A stretch of 64,000 nt of DNA from Macrostomum lignano (Eukaryota), in NCBI GenBank assembly GCA_002269645.1, contig NIVC01003987.1, positions 2,283-66,282 of the forward strand. Reading direction: 5' to 3'. Made by a program: the position numbers and the translations under genes. Below the pieces are notes generated by a model. The model ran no database searches and had not been told where the DNA came from. It was given only the letters and a program-made list of their open reading frames with translations. Positions 12,762 through 24,925 of this stretch are shown here, one piece after another (positions within the stretch are counted from its first letter, which is position 1; each line of letters opens with the position of its first letter).

Positions 12762-13432
12762 GTAAATACTTTTGTTTTAATTTATTTTTACAACACATGT
12801 AAATAGTGGCGCTGGCCTACAGATTTACTTACATGTATGTACACTTCTTATATATGGAGGCAAGTATAAAAATGTTAGCTAACACGAGTGTGCTTGCAAC
12901 GAAGATTAATAAGAAGCGAAAATGGTACCGTCAAACAAGCAAATTAGGCTCTAAATTAAGCTTCAAGGACTTGGGCTCACAGTCGCGGAGTCAAGGACGA
13001 CTTAAATCTCATTCTTAGTAAAAGCCATGCATGCCTTTCGTTGCAAGCTTTTGCACTGTGAATTAAGCGTAACGAATTATCGAACTTAGCTCGTAATAAA
13101 TAAATCGACTTATTGTGAAGAGTAAGGGACCGTAGCGATCGCATCGGAGTAGCTAAGTTTATTTAAAATTGGTGATATCACTTTCACCTTTTAACGCCCG
13201 TCCATTTCCGGAGGACCTTGGACTATTGAATTCATACGGAATTTATGTCACGATTGTAAAGTAAATAACCGCGTAAATGCAATTCGGAACACTTTCAAAT
13301 TCTTCAAAATAGTAGCTGGACGCTGAGCGGCCAGCCCGGCCGCTATAGGGTATTTTCCAGCGAATGAAAGTCAATCTTCAGTTATCAAAATTGATGTGTA
13401 TGGCTCATGTCAATGGCACGTAGCTATATTGA

Positions 13433-14259
13433 CAGGGGCGTAGGGAGGAGGGGATAGGGGGGATGTATCCCGCCCGAAGAGCCTGACCAAAACTTTTTTG
13501 TTGCCCTTTGTTGCTATACATGCTACCATGTGACTCTGTCATAGCACTTTTACCTTGGTGTATCCCCCCGTAGAAAATTCACCTTGGTGTTACTTAATTC
13601 AGTGATGAGACTTAGTTCAGTCATGAGACTGTCACTGGAGCAGACAGGCGTAGGGAGGGGGGATAGGGGGGATGTATCCCCCCCAAAGAGCCTGACCAAA
13701 ACTTTTTTGTTGCCCTTGGTTGCTATACATGCTACCATGTGACTCTGTCATAGCACTTTTACCTTGGTGTATCCCCCCGTAGAAAACTCACCTTGGTGTT
13801 ACTTAATTCAGTGATGAGACTTAGTTCAGTCATGAGACTGTCACTGGAGCAGACAGGCGTAGGGAGGGGGGATAGGGGGGATGTATCCCCCCCAAAGAGC
13901 CTGACCAAAACTTTTTTGTTGCCCTTGGTTGCTATACATGCTACCATGTGACTCTGTCATAGCACTTTTACCTTGGTGTATCCCCCCGTAGAAAACTCAC
14001 CTTGGTGTTACTTAATTCAGTGATGAGACTTAGTTCAGTCATGAGACTGTCACTGGAGCAGACAGGCGTAGGGAGGGGGATAGGGGGGATGTATCCCCCC
14101 CAAAGAGCCTGACCAAAACTTTTTTGTTGCCCTTGGTTGCTATACATGCTACCATGTGACTCTGTCATAGCACTTTTACCTTGGTGTATCCCCCCGTAGA
14201 AAACTCACCTTGGTGTATCCCCCTTGGCCCCCTGTAGGAAATTCCTAGCTATACCCCTG
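13433..14259. mobile_element. TIR-bounded non-autonomous element whose interior is about 3.7 tandem copies of a 209-bp unit
   Basis: Starts CAGGGGCGTAG and ends CTATACCCCTG. Near-identical 209-bp period (13645, 13854, 14063). Flanks ATATTGA / ATATTGT resemble a TSD. Confidence 0.65.
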
Positions 14260-15634
14260 ATATTGTACCATATAATACTAAAACTAGGTTTGCTTATTAT
14301 AATATTACTACAAGATAGACTAGCTAGTGTAGGTCTAGCTAGATATAAGTCATGACTACAATTATAATATATTAACAATTAATTATAGAATCCAAACTGT
14401 TTTTATGTGATTTACTGCGCATTCTTTCCTGGGTCAAACAAACACATGGATATTTCATATAGTCACAGTGAAAACTTGCAATGAAAATGAGAAATAAAAA
14501 AATATATATAGTGTCTCTTTAATCCAGCTTATTGAAATTTGTGTGCCTGTATTTTCTTTGTTAATGATTTAGAAAAAATAGAATAAATTTTTAGTTGGAA
14601 ATATAAAAATGAAGGTCTACTCAACTTACCCTATTGCTTTTGAAAATATTTTTTGTTATTGTTATCAAATAATTTAGTTGTCTTAGATTTAGTACAATTT
14701 ACTACAATTGATTTTGTGGCAATTTTCGAGGTCTGTTTCTTAATTTATTTTGACTTGCTTAATGACTTTGTCATTATTATCTAATTCTGAAAGATACAGA
14801 GATGAATATTCCAAGTTTAAAGCCAGTTAGAATTATAAGCCATTTAAATTTGTTTATGATAGACAAGAATTCTGCTTATATATAAGTTGAATTTAAATCT
14901 AAAATAATATATAATTTATTTTTTTCAATATGTTCAAAATCAACTTTTCATAGATTTTAATATACTTTCATTTAATGGAACAATTAATCCTGCTAAATAT
15001 TTTTCATAATTTAGGTATGAAAGCTATAAACAAAAGTAATTTAACTTGAGGCTTTTCTCAAAGAATTTTTTCTAGAAGCACTTGCTTTCAACAAAATGCT
15101 TATGTCCTATTTTTATATTGAATGAAATAAACTATACATATACCTTATAATTATTCATTGCTTATATAGTGTTATTAAACTGCCATTTGATAATGTTATA
15201 TGTAACAATATGAAAAAAGTTCAATGTGGTTTTCTTAAATTCTTAGAAAGCCATTTGCTACTTCTAGTAATATGATGAGACAGTTAAAAATTTACTAATA
15301 ATATTTAATAACCACCTCTAAATTTCAGACAAGCTGAGCCCTTGCGGCAATCTTGTCTTTCGACTTTCTCCTTTTCTCATCCTTTTTGCCACTTTTGTTT
15401 CAAACAATATTTTCTCTTTTTGTACCAACTTTTAATATTATAAAACAGCAGAAAGGCTCCAACCCATTTCTGGTGTTTTAAAACCTTCTCCTTTTCTTTA
15501 ACTAGATTTTCACTTCACTCCAGTTAGCTCTTTTCGAAGGAATAAATTCGACGTTTTGCAGTAAGAAAACACTTAGAACTCATAGGCCAACTTATTAAAG
15601 TTAAAAGTTTACTTGGAAGACACCAGAGGCAGTC

Positions 15635-18600
15635 ATGTCAGATCCCGCGCACAAAGCCATGCTCTATTTCTTGGAAATTCTACTCAACTGCACTGACTCT
15701 GAGGATAACGGCGATTCGACGACTGTCGGCGGCAGTGCCGACGCCTCGTCTGACAGCGGCGGTGGTGGCGACGACGGCTCCGGCGTCCGCCTGTCCAGTC
15801 TGGCCGCCCACTTCCACAGCCGACATTTCGACGTCGAGATGCGCAACGCCGTCGGCGGGCCAGCCGGACTTCGGGCTTTCCTGCGCCGCTATCCGGCGCT
15901 GTTTCGCGTCGTTGGGGACCGCGTCCGCGCTGTTGGACCGACTGGCAAGTCGGCGTCTGTTGCCGCCGTTGCTGCCGCTGCAGCCGCCGCCTCTGCCGCT
16001 AATTCAAATTCTGCTACATCGTCAGTTGCTGAAGCAGCTACGGCAGATCTGGAGCGGGACCTCGGAGCGGTGCGATTCCTACAGGTACGAGTCCTGTCTC
16101 TTAGTAGGTACAGGAGGGTAGTTATTGTCACTGAAGGAGCAGGAAAGCAGGGACTGTCACTGAAGGAGCAGACGGGCAGCGACTGTCACTGAAGGAGCAG
16201 ACGGGCAGCGACTGTCACTGAAGGAGCAGGAAAGCAGGGACTGTCACTGAAGGAGCAGACGGGCAGCGACTGTCACTGAAGGAGCAGGAAGAGAGTGAGA
16301 ATCGAGCCTGTCAATTTGAGTCATCCACCCATAATGAGTCATGAGCCTGTCAATTTGAGTCATCCACACCATAATGAGTCATGAGCCTGTCAATTTGAGT
16401 CATCCACCCATAATGAGTCATGAGCCTGTCAATTTGAGTCATCCACACCATAATGAGTCATGAGCCTGTCAATTTGAGTCATCCACCCCATAATGAGTTA
16501 TGAGGCCTCTCAATTTGAGTCATCCACCCATAATGAGTCATGAGCCTGTCAATTTGAGTCATCCACCCCATAATGAGTTATGAGGCCTCTCAATTTGAGT
16601 CATCCACCCATTATGAGTCATGAGCCTGTCAATTTGAGTCATCTACCCATTATGAGTCATGAGCTTGTCAATTTGAGTCATCCACCCGATAATGAGTCAT
16701 GAGCCAGTCAATTTGAGTCATCCACCCCATTATGAGTCATAAGCCTGTCAATTCGAGTCATCCATCCCATAATGAGTAATGAGCCTGTCAATTGAGTCAT
16801 CCACCTCATAATGAGTCATGAGCCTGTCAATTTGAGTCATTTACCTCATAATGAGTCATGAGTCTGTCGATTCGAGTCATCCACCCCATTATAATGAGTC
16901 ATGAGCTTGTCCATTTGAGTCATCCACCCCATTATAATGAGCCATGAGCCTGTCAATTTGAGCCATCCACCCCATAATGAGCCATGAGCCTGTCAATTTG
17001 AGTCATTTACCCCATAATGAGCCATGAGCCTGGCAATTTGAGCCATCCACCCCATAATGAGCCATGAGCCTGTCAATATGAGTCATCCACCCCATAATGA
17101 GTCATTCACCCCTATTGAGTCATTCAGATCACGTCCCTCTTTTGTCTACATTTTTGCCAGTCCCGCCTGGCCGCTAAGAGGGAGCGCTGGGTTCCCGTGC
17201 GCAGCCTGTGCGGCCATCTGGGCCAGGCGCCGTCCGACGTTCGCGCCGCTCTCGGCCTCAGCGGCGGCGGCTCGGCGGCTGTAGAATTGGCCGCATTTTT
17301 AGCCAAGCACCGGCACGCATTTGAAGTGCAAGGTGAACTTGTGTCGCTTAGAAATGGTGGCGGGGGAGGCGGCGGCAGCGGCGGCGGCCGGCAGAGCTCC
17401 GCCCGCAGGCCCGGCAGTCTGGCGCTTGGCAGCCAGCAGCAGCAGCAGCAACAGCAACAAAACCACCATCTGATATCCGCCGGTTCAAGCGGTCGCTCTC
17501 TACCGTCTACTCCTAACGGATTTCAGCAGCAGCAGCAGCAACATCAGGTACACATGTCCGCTGCCGAGTACAAAGCTGTCATGTTTGTCCGCAAGGTGCT
17601 GCTTAAAAAGGGCGGTCGAATGCCATTGGCTAAACTGTTCACCGTGCTGTCCAGGTGAGTGAACTCTCATCTTTTTTTCCAGAATATCCCCTATCCAATC
17701 TCACTCCGTCTGTCCTATCTAATCTCACTCCGTCTGTCCTATCTAATCTCAGAAGCTCCCCTATCTAATCTCAAAAGCTTCCCTATCTAATCTCAAAAGC
17801 TTCCCTATCTAATCTCAGAAGCTCCCCTATCTAATCTCAAAAGCTTCCCTATCTAATCTCAGAAGCTTCCCTATCTAATCTCAGAAGCTTCCCTATCTAA
17901 TCTCAGAAGCTCCCCTATCTAATCTCAAAAGCTTCCCTATCTAATCTCAGAAGCTCCCCTATCTAATCTCAAAAGCTTCCCTATCTAATCTCAGAAGCTT
18001 CCCTATCTAATCTCAAAAGCTTCCCTATCTAATCTCAAAAGCTTCCCTATCTAATCTCAGAAGCTTCCCTATCTAATCTCAAAAGCTTCCCTATCTAATC
18101 TCAGAAGCTTCCCTATCTAATCTCAAAAGCTTCCCTATCTAATCTCAGAAGCTCCCCTATCTAATCTCAAAAGCTTCCCTATCTAATCTCAGAAGCTCCC
18201 CTATCTAATCTCAAAAGCTTCCCTATCTAATCTCAGAAGCTTCCCTATCTAATCTCAAAAGCTTCCCTATCTAATCTCAGAAGCTCCCCTATCTAATCTC
18301 AAAAGCTTCCCTATCTAATCTCAGAAGCTCCCCTATCTAATCTCAAAAGCTTCCCTATCTAATCTCAGAAGCTCCCCTATCTAATCTCAAAAGCTTCCCT
18401 ATCTAATCTCAGAAGCTTCCCTATCTAATCTCAGAAGCTTCCCTATCTAATCTCAGAAGCTCCCCTATCTAATCTCAAAAGCTTCCCTATCTAATCTCAG
18501 AAGCTCCCCTATCTAATCTCAAAAGCTTCCCTATCTAATCTCAGAAGCTCCCCTATCTAATCTCAAAAGCTTCCCTATCTAATCTCAGAAGCTCCCCTAT

Positions 18601-21288
18601 CTAATCTCAAAAGCTTCCCTATCTAATCTCAGAAGCTCCCCTATCTAATCTCAAAAGCTTCCCTATCTAATCTCAGAAGCTTCCCTATCTAATCTCAGAA
18701 GCTTCCCTATCTAATCTCAGAAGCTCCCCTATCTAATCTCAAAAGCTTCCCTATCTAATCTCAGAAGCTCCCCTATCTAATCTCAAAAGCTTCCCTATCT
18801 AATCTCAGAAGCTCCCCTATCTAATCTCAAAAGCTTCCCTATCTAATCTCAAAAGCTTCCCTATCTAATCTCAGAAGCTTCCCTATCTAATCTCAAAAGC
18901 TTCCCTATCTAATCTCAGAAGCTTCCCTATCTAATCTCAAAAGCTTCCCTATCTAATCTCAGAAGCTCCCCTATCTAATCTCAAAAGCTTCCCTATCTAA
19001 TCTCAGAAGCTCCCCTATCTAATCTCAGAAGCTTCCCTATCTAATCTCAGAAGCTTCCCTATCTAATCTCAGAAGCTTCCCTATCTAATCTCAGAAGCTC
19101 CCCTATCTAATCTCAAAAGCTTCCCTATCTAATCTCAGAAGCTTCCCTATCTAATCTCAAAAGCTTCCCTATCTAATCTCAGAAGCTCCCCTATCTAATC
19201 TCAAAAGCTTCCCTATCTAATCTCAGAAGCTTCCCTATCTAATCTCAGAAGTTCCCCTATCTAATCTCAAGAGCTTCCCTATCTAATCTCAGAGGCTCCC
19301 TTATCTAATCTCAGAATCTCCTCCTATCTAATCTCAGAGGTTCCCCAATCAAACCTCAGAATCTCACACTATCTAAGCTCAGAATCTCACACTATCTAAT
19401 CTCAGATTCTTATTACACTATCTAATCTCAGATTCTTATTACACTATCTAATCTCAGAATCTTACACTATCTAATATCAGAATCTTACATTATTTAATCT
19501 CAGAATCTTACACTATTTAATCTCAGAATCTCACACTATCTAATCTCAGAATCTCACACTATCTAATCTCAGAATCTCTTCCTATCTTATCTCAGAGGTT
19601 CCCCAATCTAATCTCAGAACCTCCCCTATCTGATCTCAGAGGCTCCCTTATCTAATCTCAGAAGCTCCCCTGTCTAATCTCAGAATCTCAGATCTCAATC
19701 ATCCAATCTGAGAGTCGCCCCGATCCAATCTCAACCCGCAGGCCTGGAGACGGGGCCGAGCAGGCCCGCAACTTGATTGGCTGGACGCAGATGGAGCTGG
19801 AGGAGTTCCTTGCCAAGCGGCCGCTGTTCTTCGACTGCTGCTCCTCATTGGTGTCCGACAGCGCCGAGGTCGCTGTGAGGCGCGGCCAGCGGCTCAGCAT
19901 CGTTATCAGCGAGTCGGCCACCACCGCCGCCGCTGCTTCAGCTGCCGCAGCCGCTGCCGCTCCCACCCCCGCACAGTCAGTGAACGGCGGTGAGGCGCCG
20001 CGCACACTCAGCAACCGGTGTGGCACCGTGTTCCACTGCTCACGACTGTGGGGCATCATTGATTTGGGCCGGCACGAGCACGTGTTCTTTGATAGGTCCA
20101 TCTTCAAGCACGTGGAGGACCTGCAGCGGCACTTCAAGGTGAGGTGGATGGGGAGATTTTGGAACTAGATATGGGGAGATTTTGGAATTATATATGGGGA
20201 GATTTTGGGATTCGATATGGGGAGATTTTGGGATTCGATATGGGGAGATTTTTGGATTCAAAATGGGGATATTTTGGGATTCGATGTCGAGATATTTTTG
20301 AATTCGATAGGGGGAGATTTTGGGATTCGATCGGGGGGTATTCTGGGACTCGATTTGGCAAGATTTTGGGAGTCAATATGGAGATATTTTTTATTCAATA
20401 TGAGGATATTTTGGGATTCGATAAAGGGAAGATTTTGGGATTCGATAGGGGGAGATTTTAGGATTTGATATGGGGAGATTTTAGGATTCGATATGGGGAG
20501 ATTTTAGGATTCGATATGGGGAGATTTTAGGATTCGATATGGGGAGATTTTGGGATTCGCTATGGGGAGATTTTGGGATTTGATATGTCGAGATTTTTAG
20601 ATTCAATATATGGGGAGATTTTGGGATTGGATATGGGGATATTTCGGGATTTGATATGGGGAGATTTTTAGATTCAATATGGGGAGATTTTGGGATTAGA
20701 TGTGTGTGAGATTCGAAAATCGGGTTTTAGAGGTCCTGGGCTTGAAAGAAAGGCATCGGATGAAATTGGAGTGCGGAACCAGATCGAGACAGTCTCATTT
20801 GCCGCCTTGGCCATCAGGTGAACGATCCCGTGTACTTCAACGCCATCCTCGCGCCGCGGGAGAGCCGCGCCAAATGGCGCGCCACCAAAGTGTGGAAGGA
20901 GTGCGACCGGCCTCTGGTGGACCGGATGTCCGCCGCGGCCGCCGCTGCGTCAATCGTTTCGCCGCTCTCGCCGTCGCCGTCGCCGGCTGCCCCGGCTCCG
21001 TCGGCTGCTGTCGGCGGCATCACGGGGGCTTCGTCTGCTGAAGCCGAAGCTCAGGCAGCCGAGGCCGAGCTCTGCCGCCTGCTGGACAGCCTGCTGGTCG
21101 GCCCGTCGCCGTCCTTGTCGTCTCCTGTTGCGTCGACTCCGAGCGTCGGCAGCTCCGGCCGGCTGTGCCTGTCGTGCCGGCAGCGCTGCCGATCCGGCGG
21201 TGGTTTGGCAGCAGCCGGCGTCTCAGTGGCCTGCCAGACACTCAGCACCGGCGACATCATGCTGACTAATATTTATCACGACCCTTGA
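15635..21288 (+). CDS. Egalitarian/LIN-66-like RNA-binding protein: 3 winged-helix repeats + cold-shock/OB-fold domain; exons 15635-16084, 17161-17654, 19742-20138, 20818-21288
   Basis: All three GT-AG introns are phase-compatible (0, 2, 0). N-terminal KAMLYFLEIL...LSSLAAHF...EMRNAVGGPAGLRAFLRRYPALFRVVGDRV resembles the Egalitarian N-terminal repeat and recurs twice more. GTVFHCSRLWGIIDLGRHEHVFFDRSIF...KWRATKVW is cold-shock-like. Confidence 0.75.
16125..16290 (+). repeat. 29-bp minisatellite (GACTGTCACTGAAGGAGCAGACGGGCAGC)n in intron 1
   Basis: About 5 tandem copies. Confidence 0.85.
16305..17110 (+). repeat. About 39-bp minisatellite (GAGCCTGTCAATTTGAGTCATCCACCCATAATGAGTCAT)n in intron 1
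   Basis: About 20 tandem copies. Confidence 0.9.
17690..19690 (+). repeat. 22-bp satellite (CTATCTAATCTCAGAAGCTCCC / CTATCTAATCTCAAAAGCTTCC)n in intron 2
   Basis: About 90 copies; two variants often alternate; the edges are degenerate. Confidence 0.95.
20150..20715 (+). repeat. 23-bp minisatellite (GATATGGGGAGATTTTGGGATTC)n in intron 3
   Basis: About 24 copies; its reverse complement resembles the intron 2 unit. Confidence 0.9.
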
Positions 21289-21329
21289 CACATGGCTTGA
21301 GTCCGGGATTTGGGGTCTGTTTAAACATG

Positions 21330-21990
21330 AGCCTGTGTAGGGTATGACATGATTCTGTATTCCTGTGTATGGTTAAGACATGATCCTTTGTAGGGTATGA
21401 CATGATTCTGTATTCCTGTGTATGGTTAAGACATGATCCTGTGTAGGGTATGACATGATCCTGTGTAGCGTATGACATGATCCTGTGTATGGTCAAGACA
21501 TGATCCTGTGTATGGTTAAGACATGATCCTGTGTAGGGTTAGGACATGATCCTGCTTAGGGTATGACATGATCCTGTGTAGGGTTAAGACATGATCCTGT
21601 GTAGGGTATGACATGATCCTGTGTAGGGTATGACATGATCTGATCCTGTGCCAGTTAAGACATGATCCTGTGCCAGTTAGGACATAATCCTCTGCAGGTT
21701 AGTACATGATTCTGTGTAGGTTAAGACATGATCCTGTGCCAGTTAAGACATGATCCTGTGCCAGTTAGGACATAATCCTCTGCAGGTTAGTACATGATTC
21801 TGTGTAGGTTAAGACATGATCCTGTGCCAGTTAAGACATGATCCTGTGCCAGTTAGGACATAATCCTCTGCAGGTTAGTACATGATTCTGTGTAGGTTAA
21901 GACATGATCCTGTGCCAGTTAGGACATAATCCTCTGCAGGTTAGTACATGACTCTGTGTAGGTTAAGACATGATCCTGTGCCAGTTAGGG
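21330..21990 (+). repeat. 22-bp minisatellite family (GACATGATCCTGTGTAGGGTAT)n with higher-order variants
   Basis: Visible tandem copies just after the stop codon. Confidence 0.9.
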
Positions 21991-22429
21991 CAGTTTATTG
22001 TCAGCAGATAATTCTTTAGTTTCGTCAAAATCACGTCATTTTCGTGTTGTTTCGCTTATCTATCGGGCAATTTCGTCGCATCCGAAAAAGGTTTCAATCG
22101 GGTCTTTTTCCTTCTCTATCCAATTATTACAGTTTTTTTGGTTACGTAATTTTTATTTTTCGACCGTTTTCAGAAAACGCTTGGTGTTAAATTTGTACCA
22201 TCGCAACGCTGTCGCACATTGTATAGACGCAAATTTTCATCTTTCGCTGCTAGTCTTGACTTAGTGTTTTCGTTTTTTATCAAGAGATAAGCTTTTTGTG
22301 TTTTCAATTTTATTTTCTACTGACTCTGAATCTGCAACTTTGTGTGAAGTTTAATGTTTTTTGGTTATTAAAAACAATTGCAATTATGCCTATTTTATTA
22401 TTTGATTACCCAAATTAAAGAACGGGGCC

Positions 22430-23355
22430 TCGTGGTGCCTTAATGAGATAAAAGTGCCTCGGGCTGCGTGTGGTGCCTGGATGAGATAATAGTGCCTCGG
22501 GCTGCGTGTGGTGCCTGGATGAGATAATAGTGCCTCGGGCTGCGTGTGGTGCCTGGATGAGATAATAGTGCCCCGGACAGCGTGGGGTGCCTGGATGAGA
22601 TAATAGGGCCTAAAGCTGCGTGGGATGCCTGGATGAGATAATATGGCCTAGAACTGCGTGGGATGCCTGGATGAGATAATAGGGCCTAGAGCTGCGTGGG
22701 ATGCCTGGATGAGATAATAGGGCCTAGAGCTGCGTGTGGTGCCTGGATGAGATAATAGGGCCTAGAGCTGCGTGTGGTGCCTGGATGAGATAATATGGCA
22801 TAGAACTGCGTGGGATGCCTGGATGAGATAATAGGGCCTAGAGCTGCGTGTGGTGCCTGGATGAGATAATAGGGCCTAGAGCTGCGTGTGGTGCCTGGAT
22901 GAGATAATATGGCCTAGAGCTGCGTGGGATGCCTGGATGAGATAATAGGGCCTAGAGCTGCGTGTGGTGCCTGGATGAGATAATAGGGCCTAGAGCTGCA
23001 TGTGGCGCCTGGATGAGATAATAGGGCCTAGAGCTGCGTGTAGTGCCTGGGTGAGATAATAGGGCCTAGAGCTGCGTGTAGTGCCTGGATGAGATAATAG
23101 TGTCTCTGGCTGCATGTGGCGCCTGGATGAGATAATAGGGCCTAGAGCTGCGTGTGGTGCCTGGGTGAGATAATAGGGCCTAGAGCTGCGTGTAGTGCCT
23201 GGATGAGATAATAGGGCCTAGAGCTGCGTGTGGTGCCTGGGTGAGATAATAGGGCCTTGAGCTGCGTGTAGTGCCTGGATGAGATAATAGTGTCTCTGGC
23301 TGTATGTGGTGCCTAGATTAGATAATAGAGCCTCGGGATGGGTGGTGCCTGGATG
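22430..23355 (+). repeat. 38-bp minisatellite (GTGCCTGGATGAGATAATAGGGCCTAGAGCTGCGTGTG)n
   Basis: About 24 head-to-tail copies with no unique spacers. Confidence 0.95.
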
Positions 23356-24409
23356 AAAGAACTAAAAAAGAAACAACTTGTGCAGATTTGCTTCTAAATA
23401 ATTCGCCTCTCCTAAAAGAAATATCCGATATCAACACGGCATTTTTTGCGACCATTGATTTTAAAAGAAAGCTTTCTTTGAACTCTCAGCTGAATAATTT
23501 TGACACTCATTAACAGCTATTTGCTTATCTTTGATTCGGTAATTATTCGACACCATCTAGTCATTTGCAAACTATGCTCATCATCTGTGCTTAATCGGAA
23601 CGCAGCAATAACGACTCAAAGCCATGCTGGATCTACTTTGCTCACTTCTGCAACGCAACGCAAAGTCGCCTTAAAAATTTGTTACCGTTCGAATTAATGT
23701 TTTTGTTGTGCGCCTGCGTCAATGTACCAATGGAGTTTTTGCTGTGCTTTTTCTGTTTTCTTTCATGTGTTGTTTGGCTTCATCTGTGCAATAATAGGTT
23801 TAACAGCAGTTTACAAGCGTGCTGCAATTCAGTTTGGAAATTCGACTGAATCGCATGGAAATAAATGCTTCTTTTTAGCCTCTCCGAGCCTCTCTTTTTT
23901 TGGAGTTCAAGTTAATTTTTCACGGCTATTTTTAACTCGAATTGGTTATTGTCTGCGTACCGTATTGGTGCGCTTGCATCTGCTCTGGAGTCAGCGAAAT
24001 AAGCAGAATTGCCGACAGCGCTGCATGGTTGTGGGACCATGTTCCAGTCGAATGACTGTCTAGCGTCATTAGCAACAGCAGCAATAATAATAGTAATAGT
24101 CCGTATTGTGACGCAATGTAACGATATATGCATATTTTTGGACAGCAATTGCGTAAGCTGAAGAAGCTACGTATCTATCTGTGTCTTTGTGGTGAAATTT
24201 CTAACTTGCGAGTGGAACTCCTCCTTCGGAGGAGAAAGGGGAAGAACTCCTATCGCCAAAATTCCATTCCCTGTAATCTATCAGCTGAAATCCCATGCCT
24301 TGAATCTCATCTTCCAAATCGTCTAAAAATCCTTTACAAAACCTTTCAAATACGCTCGTACCATATCTTGTTTTCCCTGTTTGCAAAGTGATTGCCATTG
24401 TCCAGACTC

Positions 24410-24925
24410 CAGACCCAGCCTCTCCTGTCTGCTCTCTCCTCTTTGCTCTCTCATCTCTGCGCTCTCATCTTTATCCTATTCTTTCTCCTCACTACTTTCT
24501 CCTCTCTACTCTCTTATCTCTCTCATCTTTCATCTCTCGTCTCTCTCCCCTCTCCCCTCTCTCCTCTCGCTTCTCTCTCTCTCTCTCTCGTCTCATCTCT
24601 ACTCTCTTATTTATTTCTTCTCCCTCCTCTATCGTCTCTACTCTCTCCTCTCTCTCTTCTGTTTCCTCTGTACTCTTTTCCTCTCTTCTCTTTCCTCTCA
24701 TCTCTGCTATCTCATATCTCCCCTCTCCTTTCTCCTGCTCTCTCGTTTCTTCCCTCTACTCTCTATTCTCTCTCCTCTTCTCTTCTCTCCCTCTTTATTC
24801 CCGCCTCACTCCCCTCTTCTCTTCTCTCCCATCTGTCATCTCTAATCTGTCCTCTCTCATATCTACTCTTTTTTCTATCATATCTTCTCTCTTCTCTTTT
24901 TACTCTTCTCTCTACTCTCTTATCT
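24410..24925 (+). repeat. CT-rich low-complexity tract
   Basis: Polypyrimidine; the S/L-rich ORFs here are artefacts. Confidence 0.85.

Noticed and set aside
22430-23355. Regular 38-bp repeats (also the 41- and 43-bp arrays) as a CRISPR array
   Set aside because: Units are head-to-tail with no unique spacers, there are no cas genes, and the context is eukaryotic.
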